In this document: one piece after another, positions 48,540 to 62,025 of the stretch
Layout of the letters: each line of letters opens with the position of its first letter
How positions within the stretch are numbered: position 1 is the stretch's first letter
Source of the DNA: Parasitella parasitica NRRL 2501
Lineage: Eukaryota > Fungi > Mucoromycota
Direction: 5' to 3'
NCBI GenBank assembly: GCA_025201805.1
Contig: MU619260.1
Span: 47,879 to 111,878, forward strand
DNA: 64,000 nucleotides
Notes under the pieces: generated by a model
What the model was told of the DNA's origin: nothing
What the model saw: only the letters and a program-made list of their open reading frames with translations
Databases searched by the model: none
Position numbers and translations under genes: made by a program

Positions 48540-51500
48540 AAAGTTACGTCTTGTGAAGAACGGTAAGATAATCGCCTATGCTATAATGTGAATTGATAGT
48601 AGAGGCTTTGTTAAAAGAAAATTTTTTGACAAAGAAGAAGAGGAAAAAAAAAAAAATCTGGGGCAGTTGATAGATCTAATATACCCATCTCAACAGTGAC
48701 TGGCCATCATGTATTTTTGGCCTTCTTTATTCACGATGTGTCATACTTGACATACCTGTCTTGAAACTCATTTGGCATCCTTAGCACTTGATTGGATATA
48801 TGTTCAAGATAAGCACTACAGGAACCGATTTTCTTGTAAACCAATCATCGTCTAATTCCTCGCAACAAACATGGAATTCAATGTAACCCTTTGTACGCGG
48901 ACAAATTTGTGTGAATGTGTATTAAAAANNNNNNNNNNAAAAAAAAAAAAAAAAAAAACATTTCTCCAAATCCAAGCATGCAATGAGCTCAAATTCATTC
49001 AAAAAAAAGAGAGGCATTTGTTAAATTTATAAAGCTTTTGATGGATCAAAGGGAATTGGTTCTCAGATGCACCAAACAAGATTGTCTCTTTACAGTTAGT
49101 GCGATGATCCCCTTGTCTATGGTTCTGCATCGATATCAGATAAATGAGTAGCATACATACAACTGCATGTCGTAGAGAACCGCTACAAATAATTGAGAAT
49201 AATCATAATGCTTTCTTCCACTGCTTTGCAAACATGAAATTAAATATTACAACAAAGGATTGCTGGATAAAATTTCTAGCTCTGTTGATGAAAAGTTTAA
49301 TCTAAATGGTTTTCTTATGGAACTAGCAACTGTAGTACGAAAAAGTAAGCCACCAAAACCAATTATGGTGCTTGACATCATCTATTCGCATCTCCCCAAC
49401 TGTAACTGGTATTAACGGAAATCGGATGCTTCGACTATTTCTAAGGTTATTGCTAAAAACTTGGAATCTAAAGGAGAAGCAAGCGCCAGAAAGTATGAAA
49501 AGAAGCTGCCTGCTGAGAAGGATGCTATTGTGAATAGAGCTCGCAATCAAGTATATTGAGCGCAAGCAAGCCAAATAAATACGCCGCTCGAACCCGCTTG
49601 AATAAATAGTTTATCGACAAAATGCTTCAATGCTATTCTCCTCTCATTTGAGGGAGGCGAGATGAAGATATATTCAAGCAGCTACTTCAATGAGTTTAGT
49701 ACGCGCATTGATAAGCTGCAGATTTAAATTTATTATCCTCTAATACATCTTGTCGGCTGGATCAAAAAGACAGGCATGGTGTTACTTACCAAGGCCGCTT
49801 TTCCCCATGGATCCAACAAGCCATAAACTTTATGAGGTGCAAGCTTGGCCAACCAGTATTAAAGTCATAATCGGACCCTTCTGGCAATGCTTTTTATTTT
49901 TCCGCAGAAGAAGAGTCCTTTGGTATTAACAAGCTATCATCATCGTTGCTGAATATCTACAATACGAAGAAGCATGAGAGGGAATACCAGAATTCTCAAA
50001 AGTACTTGACAACGAAAGAGAAGCTGGATTTTTACGGCGATTCATCAATATTCGTTACGCCAAAGCTTCGTTCAGTATTTGGAAACATGCAATACAATTA
50101 CGTTACTTCTATAAACAAAGCACTAAGTACCGTATACAATTACGCCGATGCATGACAAGCTAACGCTTACAGATTCGCTGGCTTCTTCTGGTATCGATCA
50201 ATCTAACTAATAGCAGAAATTTGCTGGTGCATGGTCAAAAGAATTGAACGATGATATCTTAATTAGAAAATAAAAGCTGATTTGCAGATAACTTTGCGGA
50301 AATAAAGTTATGCTCAGATAGCGATGATCATGCCTGATTTGATGGCGCATAAGATGTAGACTTTGATTTGCTCTTTACGGCAGCCTATCAGCGATTATAG
50401 GCTGTTTTCATATTGTTTTTGCCAACTTTTCCTTTAGATCCATGCCTCAGTCTATGTCATCTTTCTTTCACCCTATGTTTCAATCTCTTCTAAAATTCAA
50501 CTCTATGCCACCACTTATAGCTCAAAATATGCAATCATATATTATCATTGAGTTTATTTGGCTCAGCTGACAACAATATTGATGCAATAACTCGCCAAAA
50601 GTGTAGAAAACTTGATTACCCTGGTGCTCCTAGAAAATTTTGCATAAACAATTATTGTATCTAGAAGAGCTTTTATACCGTATTGAACAAGCTTTTTATA
50701 TGATATATGTGTTGTTATATAGTGTTCTTGTTGCGCTGAGGGTATTATTTTTATTTCCTCGAATACATGCATTTAAAAGCCCATAATCTCAAATGTTGGC
50801 TAATTGATAGACCAAGATAGTTTTGCTCGCCTCAAAATGACATCGGAAGCAAATACATTTAATTCAATACTTTCTTCATTATAAATATAAGCTTCCATTC
50901 CATAAGTTATGCAAAAAGGGCAAATCTCTCTACCAATTTCTCTAATGATTTTCATGCAAAGTAGTTCCAAATGCGTCAAGTGCCTAGTGGCATAAATTTT
51001 CTCAGGCATCTAATAGCTTTAGCTTCAAAGAATCATTGATGGACGAACTTTGAAATAATATGTTTAGGCCAATTGCAATTTGTTTTTAGCATTTAGCTGG
51101 ATTTGGCAATAATGGTAGATTTTAGATCCTGAAGCTATCAGTTTTTATTATTACTATTATTATTATTAATAACCAAAGAATGATAAAAGTATTAATAAAC
51201 ACAAATTAGATAACGAATCGCAGAAAATAAGCGCATTAATAAGGGTATAGATCAAGATAGGAGCAGCTCCAAGTGGCATAATACTATATACTACCCAGAA
51301 AGATATCTTTTTGCTATATGTCGCTGTAATCAATAAGCCTGACTTGATATAATAAGTACTTGATTTACGGTTCTTTTACAGCAAACATCATTACTTGCTA
51401 ATTTTTGCATCATTTAAAAGGAGTCTAACTTACTGACTAATCACAACTATTCAACACGGCCCTAATAGTAATTTAATGCGTACAAGACGAATAAAACTCG

Positions 51501-51656
51501 CTCACGATCATGGAAGCTAATAACTATGTGCATTTAATAACATGTATTCTGCGCTATTTTAATTTCAAGATTGTAGTCATATGAGACAAAATAACTGATA
51601 CTGGCAAAGGCTCAATTAACACTGGATTAAGCTGTTGCTCTTAAAATTGTATACTG

Positions 51657-53888
51657 CTAATCATTTAATTTCTTCTTGACGACATTTGCCAGCTGAAGAC
51701 CGTACTGAGATAGTTGATCGGCTGTCACTTCTGAAGGACTATTAACAACAAAATCTTTGCCACCAGCAGCCTTTGGAAAAGCAATGACATCTCTGATAGA
51801 GGTAGAATCACACAGGATGGCCATGAGTCTATCAAAGCCCAGAGCAATACCACCATGAGGAGGACACCCACCCCCTAGAGCATCAACCAAATGATCGAAA
51901 CGCTTATACTCGTACTTTTCCAGCTTCAAGATTTTTTCCAAGATGAATGTTTGCATCACAGGCGAATGAATACGGATTGAACCACCACCAATTTCCATGC
52001 CGTTTAACACCAAGTCGTAATGCTGACCTCTGACACTTTCGGGATGAGTGGCCAATAACGGGATATCTTCATCGTATGGAGCTGTAAAGGGGTGGTGTGT
52101 TGCTTGCCATGTGCGAATGCCTTGCTCATCAGGCGTAAACAATGGGAACGACTCTACCCACAAAAATTTATACTTTTCTTCTTGATTCAATGTCAAAAGA
52201 CCCTTTTTCTGCATGATATCAGAAACATGGAGACGAACACGGCCCATAGTAGTGTTGCCGCCGTAAAGATAACTGGGACGTTTGTGAATCAGGACTAAAT
52301 CACCTTGCTCAATGTCGAGCGATTGATTGAGCTGTGCATGTCGCTGGGGTTGTGATATCTGCTGCGAATGGCGTAACGGGCCGCATTTGCTTGACCAAGA
52401 TTGGATGTTGGCTTCGTTAATTTTGACGAATGCAAAGTTCTTGTCGTCAGTCAAGTCGAGCACTTTCTGCATGGCTTTCAGCTCGCCGCCAGTTAACGCT
52501 GATCCCTTTTTGACCACCATGCAATCTACAGAATCGTCTCCCACTACATCCTTTACGCTAGATCCAATCTCATTGATCTTCATGTTGAATCGAATGTCTG
52601 GTTTGTCAGAGCCATACTATTTTAAATAAGCTGTTATTTAAATGCTGATCAAATCAGATGTTAAGCGCTTATACCTTGGACATGGCTTCATTGTAAGTCA
52701 TGTGAGGGAAATGCTCCTTTGTCAGCTTTTTGCCTAGAGCTTTATCCCAGATGGCAGTTACCATGCCTTCAATGATTTGCTGGATGTCTTCAATTTTGAT
52801 AAACGACATTTCCAAGTCAATTTGAGTGAATTCAGGCTGTCGATCAGCTCTCAAGTCTTCATCTCTGAAACAACGAGCAATCTGAAAATAACGGTCGAAA
52901 CCAGCAGCCATCAGCAATTGCTTGTGCTAAGATGCACAATATATGATTAGTATTGCCGTCAAGGCTCGCAAAAAAGATATTTACCTGCTGTGGGCTTTGT
53001 GGCAATGCATAAAAAGCGCCTCTCGTTCTAGTAGGCACAATAAACTCACGGGCTCCTTCTGGCGTGGATTTGAAAAGCGTAGGCGTCTCGATTTCTGTAA
53101 ATCCATTCTCTGTCAAGTAATTTCTGACAGTGTTTGCTGTCAGCGACCGAAGGCGAATATTGTGCTGAAGCTCTTGTCGACGAAGATCCAAATAGCGATA
53201 ACGAAGCCTGACTTCCTCGTTGGGCAATTGAGCCTGGTTTGGCCAGAACGGTAGCAACGGTGTAGCAGGATTCAAGCAGTAGATTTTGGAAATTTCGACT
53301 TCAATAGAGCCAGCAGCTTGGTTTTTATTTCCCATACCATCTGGTCTCTTCCTTACATAACCCTCGACACAGACGACACTTTCGGCTGATAAGGCTTGAA
53401 TTTGTGATTTCAGTTGTTCATCATTGGAATTTCTATATACAAGCTGTGTAACACCTGAGTGATCTCTCAAGGGCAAAAAGATCAAATTTTGAGACAAATC
53501 TCTGCATCATCATTTAACAGCTAGCTCATTCAATCATAATTATCTCATGGTATATTCACCTTGAAGATTGGGCCCAGCCGCATAGTACAACTTTTTCGCC
53601 TTCATTGGAAGCACGCAATTCTCCACAGTAATGTGTTCGACTAGGGTACTCACCTATCGATCAAACGTTATCAAAGTTTTTCTGTGGGCGATATTGGCTT
53701 AGTCAGGTACCATGATATCTTTGGTTATCTTTATAGCCATGTAAGTACTGCTCCCTCACTACAGTTGTAGTTGTTAATTTCCTTGGCCGACAGGCTTTTG
53801 TCACATGAAATGTGGTAGATCTAGGTGCGTTTCGTAGTAAAAAAGCTCCATTGGCCGACAAAATCACTCTACTGAATCTAGACGTCAT
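51657..53888 (-). CDS. MSD1: Mitochondrial aspartyl-tRNA synthetase, multi-exon
   Basis: [89 protein letters not shown]; presequence. Confidence 0.96.
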
Positions 53889-54495
53889 GTGTATTAAATA
53901 GCTTTTCGTACTTGTGGAAAGGATAAAGTAAGACAGCTCTTTGGGGGGGGGGACATGGATTGAACAGGGCGTTTGGGTTATTCCGCTTGTGACTAATTTA
54001 TTAAGGATAGTATCGCTTGCAGACCTGCTGGCTCCAGCACATGCCCCGTGGCAAATTTTGCACTGGACGCTCTCAACATTTATCAAAACATGTCTGATGT
54101 AATGGACAAAGTATTGTTGCACTTGATTATTAATTTGTCTAATAAAATAAGAGATATTTAAAGTATCAACAGAACCAATGCATCAAAACCGACAAAAGGT
54201 ACACATTATAACGGCAGATTTTATTGAAAACTCTGATTAGCAAGACCACCCACGAGCAGGACGAAATACAACCATCAGATCCTATTACTTTATCTTAAAA
54301 TCTAAAACATGTACCTAAGCACATACGAGCTTCGAGCACGTAGCAGAACTGCTCACGTCAATAAGATATAGAGTGAATATTTTTGATGTCACTAGATAGC
54401 TTACACTCGAATTAATGAAAAGGAAACAATTTTTTATTTTTTGTTATTTACAAATTTGCATGAAATGAAATGATAATAAATAGGTTGCGGGATGA

Positions 54496-56519
54496 TTACA
54501 TGTCCTTGCCATCACAATTTCCAACAACGACTTCGGCAGGCTTCAATTTGGTGTTGTCTCTAGTGTGTCTTAAATGGCCTTCTTCTTCTTCAGCGAATTT
54601 CTCACCACGAATGACATGGCCAGTGTAGCCCTTTTTGTTAGGATCTTCTCTACCAAACAAACGATCGACTTCTTCCTTGGCGCTAGAGATGCCCTCAGAG
54701 ACCTTGTCTTCGGCCCAACGGAGGTCGTTGTCGGCAGCTGTCTTTACATTGTCAAAACTACTCTTGATTTGGTCTGTGCCCTTTTGGTACCAGCTCTTTG
54801 CGCTTTGTTCAGTCTGACGTTTCCATTCCTCGGCATTGGCAGAAACTTCTTTATGCATGTCCTTCAGGCCGCTGCTAGCACGGTTCTTTTGGTTTTCAAT
54901 GTGATCAGATGCATTGCGCTTCAACTGCTCGGCTTTCTTTTCAGCTTCAGAAGCTGCTCGATTTGTTTCACGCTTCAAATTAGCAGAGACATTCGAGGCA
55001 GTGTCAGAGGCAGCATTATAGGCTGACTGAGCGTCGTCCTTGATTTGAGACTTGACGTCGCCCCATTTGCTTCCTAGGCGGCTGGCTTCAGCAGAAGCTT
55101 TTTCTTTGGCGTCTTGGTAAGTTTCGGAGGCTTCTTGGGTCGAGAGACCGACCTTGGTCTTGACATCTTGCCAGCCTTCTTCAACCTTGTGTTCGACGTC
55201 CTTGGCTTGACCATAAATACTAGACCAGAAGGATCCAGTGTTATCTCGAGAGGCAGGATGGCCGCCATTATCGCGAACTTGCTTCTCTTCCCAGACACCT
55301 CTTACTTTTTCGGTATCTTTGCCAACAAGCGTGCTGGTGTCGTGGACGTTTTCTTGAGCATAGTTTTCTAAACGGGACTCCCATCTAGGCTTAGTCTTTT
55401 CAAAGCTATGCTTTTCATGTACCATCGGGTTTCCATGATCGGTGGGGGCAGAATCAAACTTTTTCTTTTCGGTTTGGTCGCGAGGAACAGAGGGGAGATT
55501 GGACGACTTGGTAGGAGCAGGATGAGCAGCTTCATTCGACGTGCTACTGCCGCCCAAAAGACCCGACCAGAAACCCTTGGACTCCTCTTTCCGCGAGCCA
55601 TCGCTATTAGTGGACTTTTCCTGTTCAGTCTTGTCGTCCCAGACCTTCTTGACCTTGTCAGTATCTTTGGCGACAAGCTTGGAAGTATCACGAACAACGT
55701 CATTAGCGTACGACTCCAGACCGCGTTCGGAGCCAGACTTGGTCGTGCCAGCAGAAGCCTTCTCGTTCACCATTGGGTTGTGGTCAGTTTTGCTCACAGC
55801 AGAGTCCTTTGCTCCCTTGAACTTGTCGGCAGCATTGAATGCAGCTTCGTTTGCGTCTTGCTTCAATTTGCTGGCCTTGGAAGAGACCTTACTAGCAACG
55901 TCGTTGGACGTGTGAGACAGGATATCTTCAGGTGTGTGATCGCCTTCTTTCAGGTGGTGTTGCTGGCGGAACCTGTCGATTTCAGAGGCGAGTTCGTTTG
56001 TCTCCTTTTTGAAGTTGTCAGAGAGTTGCTCGCCTTCCCTTTTGGCAGAAGAGACCATGTTTTGATAGGCATCCTGAGCAGCCTGGCCGGCTAAGCTAGC
56101 AGATTCCTTGATATGCTTACCAGCTGAATTTATTTCATTAGCGGCGCCACGGGCTTGGGGCTCTGCGCTTCGAGCTACATTGTCGCCTACACGGGACAGG
56201 CTCTTTTTGGTTTTTTCGTAGGGATCTGAATCACCGTTATAAAATGCTGGGACAAGAGCAGTAAAAATGTCAGCGGAATGTCTTGCATAAACTGCAACAT
56301 GAGGGGGCGGGAGGAAGAAGACTTACTTTTTTCATCGGCAGTACGTTTGTAATAAGCGAAAGCAGCAGCAGCAACAAAAAGAGATGCAACAAAGCCTTTA
56401 CTAACGCCACCTTGACGCACTTGCTGGCGGTGCAAAGTCGACATGAAACGTCTGTTGTGAACGGCAACAGGCCGACATCTCGTCAAAGAAGATGGTTTGT
56501 TGAAATTGACTTGATTCAT
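54496..56519 (-). CDS. LEA-like hydrophilic protein with putative mitochondrial presequence and single TM helix
   Basis: Arg-rich N-terminus, hydrophobic FVASLFVAAAAFAYY, then A/K/E/D/S-rich amphipathic repeats (AADKFKGAKDSA, YQDAKEKASAEA) and an internal ~100-aa duplication. Confidence 0.65.
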
Positions 56520-56692
56520 GGTTAATAATACAAGTAGGAAAAAAAAAAGAAATATACAAATTCCACAGCTGTCAGAGGAAACGGCTCTCTTTTTATGCCT
56601 GTTTCTTATGGTGCATAAATTACCATATCATCATGACCTCATTTGACTAAAATCTTATAACATCATTTTTCTGATTCGGATAAAAAAAACAT

Positions 56693-58406
56693 TTATTGTT
56701 TTGGGCTCCAATTGAGGAAGCGAGTTAATGGCGTTGTGGGGATCTCGAAAAACGAGTAGCCTAGCGTAAAAATGAGTACAACATCTTGGGGTTTGCGTTT
56801 TCTTTTTTAAAAAAAAAAAACTTACCTTTTCCTGCAATCAGAATGTCAAGCAGAGGCTGTAGCAGCTTCTCGTAATCGACAGACAAATCATTTAGTTCGG
56901 GCTGTCCTAAAGCCCAAGAGTCGGTCTGAATGCCCCAATTCAACATGTCTTGCTTTGAAAACACACAAGGAAACATGTCTAATAAAGGCCCAAATATGTC
57001 TGGTCTAGTTTCAGGCGCAACACCCATATCATTCATCAGGTAGTACACTGGGTAGCGCTGCTCCACGTTCTTGTGGTAGTCAATGCAAGCGTCCAGCAAT
57101 TGGCGGCGATCTTTGGGCCGATTGGATAAACTTAAAACATCGGCTAATTTGGATGGCTTTATGGGCATTGCAGCAGAGACGGCTTGATTGATTGGAATAT
57201 CGCCAAATATCTCGAGAACTACAGCCTCCATCAGCTCTTTTCGAGCCTTCAGCTCTAAATCATCCATAGTAGAAGGGCCGCTCTCTACGAGTCTGTCCTC
57301 GCCGTCCTTTTTCAAACCGTCTACTGCCAAATGCTGGATCGTGCCAGCGCGAGCATCCATAACCACTAGCTTGGACAGATTCAAAATCAATGTGCTGTAC
57401 TGAAATTTGCCACCTAGAGTGTCGATGATTTTGGCTGATTGAGCTGTCAATTGAGCCATTTGGTCAGGAACAACAAAACGAGTCTTCATCAATGCTTTCC
57501 TCAGCTCTTGCTGAATATCAGAGGGCGTGGTCAAATAACGAGCAGCTGAATTGAGTGCCCCAAACTGGATGATTTTTGCATCGATGGCGTGCAGCTGGTC
57601 GACGTTGAGCACAAACTTCAAAGGCTGGGTCGGTTTTTCTGACTGTTTGGGCGTCAAGTGCGACTGAAGCCAGCTCGAGAACCGAGATGGCCTTTGCTTT
57701 AAAGCCTCTTCTGCTGGATCGACATGTTCCCAATCAGTGCCGTTTTCCTTGAACGACATGACATCAACAACAGCTACGTCTTCTGGATCAATCTGGCCAC
57801 CAAGCGCGGATTCATGAATACCCCAGCCATGGCCGTTTGTGCGCTCAATGATGCGGATGCCATATTCCCGTTGAATCACTTTCAAGTCCATAATACTTGA
57901 CCACGGTATTTCTATCCAGTCATGGATGGAGTCGCAGGGTTCGAGCTCTGTCTGCCAGTTGGTGTGATGTGCATCGCATGCCTCTTTTAAAGTTGATTTT
58001 TCTTGTGCCTCGTAGCGCTTGGCTAGGTCTTCAAACGTCATCCATGGATATATTTTGTTTATTCTGAGCATCGGTGCAATGATGGTACGTTTGGTCTCTA
58101 GGGCAAGGCGGAGTGCATTTCTAAATGATTCCTGTTGTTCAGGAAAGTCGCTGCAGGCTTGTGGATGAATATCATGACGAGAAAAAGCAGGCGCAAGTCC
58201 ATCCCTTACCTGTGAGGAAACCACGATAAATATCTTTCTTGGTTTGGATCTGCTACTTTTTTCTTTGGTGTGCTGCTGTGTTCCTTGAAAGCGGCGTTGG
58301 CAGAAGAAGCGCTTGGTTCTTTCAGATACGGAAACACCACGATAGACACAAAAGCAAAAAACGCCAATATAACGATATAGTAAAGTAGTCTCTGCACTCT
58401 AATCAT
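56693..58406 (-). CDS. Type II membrane O-fucosyltransferase-like (CigA-like) glycosyltransferase, 3 exons
   Basis: N-terminal signal anchor; YLSWFPHS-DFPEQQESFRNALRLALETKRTIIAP resembles the O-FucT N-terminal motif; WIEIPWSSIMDL; C-terminal PLLDILIAGKG. Confidence 0.6.
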
Positions 58407-58537
58407 ACTGCCTCTTTTGTTATTTTCGGTTTGGAAACAAGAGAAAAAGAGGTTTGTATTTTAATTTAGCTGGGCGTTTATTAAAACTACTAATGAGGGG
58501 GTGGTGCTGGTTGTACAAGGGAGATACTATAACGGTA

Positions 58538-58853
58538 CAGTGCTTACGGTACCAATTTGCGTGATTTCAAATAATTTTGCGTACTTGTAAATATCAATTT
58601 GCGCTAATTTAATTGGCCAGTTCGCGTCAGTCCAAAAATCAAATCGCGCTTTCCGAAATCTCTATTCGCGCAAAAATAAAAATCAATTTGCGTGGGATTC
58701 AGCTGAATTATTGTTAAGTGGATGCATTGTTATTTAGTGTGGTAAAAATACGATTATGTATTGAGCTGCTGGATAAAGACAGGTTTTTTTTTGAATTATG
58801 AGCCCAGACAGCAGCATTTCGACTGGCAAACAATCTCGTGTTAAAGACTGACA
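58538..58853 (+). repeat. Left terminal inverted repeat (316 bp)
   Basis: Reverse complement of 63339-63654; contains repeated AATTTGCG/TTCGCG motifs. Confidence 0.95.
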
Positions 58854-59868
58854 GAACATTCAAACTTTCTTCAGTGTTGTAAAACACTGCCAATCGTTCT
58901 AATAATAAACATGGCCACCAAGAAAGAAAAAAAAGGAGGGATACGCTTTACTACTGCCTCTCCATTGCATTAACTCTTTACTTCTGAGAAAGATGATTGC
59001 CAAAGTATTTTTTTATGAATATGTGATCTAATATGACTATCTGCTGGACATAGATAAATTATGGTGCAGTTTCCTAAATTTACGTGTAGTTGACTTCGAT
59101 CATAAGATCACATTCTATTCATTCACAAACTAAGCGAGGAAGATTTGTACTGATCCAGTCCTTTTTAGAGAGCGGTCTCTGTTCTTTCCCTTTAAAACTA
59201 TCAAAGAGATCCCATACCTTTTTTTTTTCTGTTACTCGTTTGCCAATACTAAAGGCTTCTTATTGGTTTTTTGCTTTTCTGCCAGAGCAACACGATATGG
59301 TTGGTGATATGCTTGCTGTCTCTTCCAAGCCATCAGATATGATTATCCGTCTGACTGATGCTTTTCCAAGTACCGCCGCGTTCACAGAAAGAGTATTTAC
59401 AACAGCATTCAAAAATGTAGACAGGAAGCAATAGTTGGTAAGACTGCTGCTCAGCATCTTATTGAAATTATATCAGAAGACGTTCTCTGGCCACCAATTT
59501 ATGAGAGATAGTATACGACTACGTTCCAGCCTTGGCTAGTTTCATAGAACACTGGAAGTATTGTGGAAACTTCCCTGATCCAGGAGCTATTAATAAGAAA
59601 GACTCAGTTAACACAGCCACATTTAGAAAATTTTCAGATGAAGAAGAGGGATACGATACTACTGAGTCGTCCTTTTAGACTTTTTTCTTTTTGCCTAATG
59701 ACTTTTTTATTGTTATTACTAAACACGTATCATTATTCACTGAAAACGCATTTATCTTGTTGGTATATTAAGCGTAGAGAATATTGATTTGGCTTTTTAT
59801 TTTCGGAATAAATAGTAAAAAGTGGGGAACAAATTGCAGTTCCCTTATTGAAAACACGGTATAAAAAA

Positions 59869-61609
59869 CTAATGTTCTAGAAGACCATTAGTGAAACAGA
59901 TCATTTCTTCATCAGCAACTTCAGTCAATCCCAGCTGCTCTGCTTCCAATTTTTCGAATATTTTAACTTGATTGCTAAGATCTTTCTAAAGTTTGGAATA
60001 TTAAACATTATTAACGTTGAAATTTCAATAAAAAAATGCAAAACTTACATATAAATACGCAAATATGTCATAAACTGACATTAAGTAGATTCTTTCTTCA
60101 AATGAGCATGGAATTAAAGCGGAGCTACACTCAATTGCTTTAAATGTGTCCTTATCTTTTAGCGAGTATTTGATAAGTGTCATCTTTGTTTGGATGATAT
60201 GAATAGAATACACATTGGCTAGTTTGACTGTGTTCATGCTTGCATTAGGGAATCTGCACATGATATTCTTCAAAGCATCCGTAGCACTTTTAACATTCTT
60301 AATGGAATCTTCAAGTAAATGATTTATATCAGTGGTTACTTTTAATCTGTGTAAAGGGGATTAAGTATTTTCTCTACTAACATCATAAGATCATTTAGTT
60401 CTTACCCTGAGGACTCAATAACCAAGCAAGGAAATTTTTTGTTATTAGTACCAATCCCATCTAAGAGAGTTGTCGAGCTTTTTTCTTGAGTAACGAAAAA
60501 AATACTTGAAGCTGACTCTTTGTCCTTTCTTTCACACCTAAACTCGATCATTGAAGTTAACTTCAGTATCAGCTTACATATAATACGTACTTACCAAGTG
60601 AAAGACATTAGGGCCGTAATATTACTAAAATATTTAACTATCGGGACAATATATTCAACATACATCGTTCTTTCATCATTTGCAGGTATTGGTGTTATTC
60701 TCATCGAGTTGATAGTAAAATCAATTAACAAGTATTTCATGAACTGATTAAATTTGTGATCACCACAATCCAAAGCTGCAACACGCTGTAAGGCGTTTTC
60801 ATTTCCAATACCCATAAACTTTTCAAACAAACCATATGAGGACTCTATTGCTAATAGATTTTTGTTTTGCCTATGATCTGTTTGAAGCTTTCTGAACTCT
60901 TGGAGCGTTGCTTGAGTTGCATATGTTGTGTTTGTTCCCAAGCAAATATCTATTCTTGTTGCGATTTTTGAAAAATTATATTCTTCAATAACAGGTGAAT
61001 TCAATGGTATGATTGTACTTGGCGATTGTATATTATAATTTTTTGATTTGACGTTCACTTCCAATGGTATTCGTTTTTCTTTATCATCTAAACCTTCACA
61101 CTTAAAGAAAACAAGTAAATAAAAAAGTGTACCTATTAACAATTACCTTGGTTACATCATACCTTTCGCTTTTGACCTTTGGATCGTAAATCTTCACTTA
61201 CAAGCTCATTACTTGTAATTTCAATTTCTTCATTCATTTCGATTACAGATTCCTTAAGCCTATTAGCCCTTTCACGCTTCTGATATAATTGTAAAAACGA
61301 TTTCTTGATTTGTGGCTGATTTAAATAGGCAAGGAATTTTGTGGCAAATGTCTTCTCTGCTTTGGTGCCAAGATCCCTTGATTCACTATAGAGTCGTAGA
61401 ACTTTAACGGCTTCGTCATAAAGAAAATGCCCAGTTGTGAGTGGGGTATCCACAAATAAGAAATAGTCATCAAGTATGTTTTCAATATTCCAACCTCCAT
61501 AGTCCGCAAGGAATAGGTATTCAGGTATACCCAAGGCATTTCTTGTTTGATTATTTATCTTTTTAGCTAATAGTGCTTTACTACATTTTGGCTTTCGTGC
61601 TTCTGACAT
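59869..61609 (-). CDS. Intact 5-exon ~499-aa protein with C-terminal PD-(D/E)xK restriction-endonuclease-like (Crinkler REase-type) domain
   Basis: Exons 61609-61163, 61100-60595, 60537-60406, 60346-60049, 59985-59869 join in frame via GT-AG introns (1500 nt); motifs NDERTMYVEYIVP, FTWCE, LLDGIG, LVIESSG, HLLEDSIK. Confidence 0.7.
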
Positions 61610-62025
61610 GATGTTTTTTTTTAACAAGCTCTGTTATGAAAAAGTAATAGATTATTACAAACGTAACAGTTCGAATTTTAAACTTTTTTTTAAGCTTTTG
61701 CTATTTCTTCTAATTTGCACTTCAGTGACGTAGAAAACCAGTCACAGAAACTTTAACCCACTTATTTTTCCCTTGCAACAAATAACTGTTTCTTCCTGTT
61801 TAATTTTTATATCAAAAAGGTAATTACAACAAACTAGATTTCCTAAATCGCAATACCTAGGAAACCAAAGTATTTTTTTTGCTAGTTACTAGTTGAAGCC
61901 TTCAATTTCAATGGTCAGCATTTTGTCTAAACGCCTCATAGTAAGCCTCCTTGAAACGACTGAGTTCCACTGTGCCAAGTCGGTTCGCAGTACTTTCATA
62001 AGCAAATGAGGGCGGCATGATGCTC

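Noticed and set aside
59824-59843. GGGAAC/GTTCCC hairpin after the REase gene as a Helitron 3' end
   Set aside because: No canonical CTRR terminus at the expected distance and no matching 5' TC end identified
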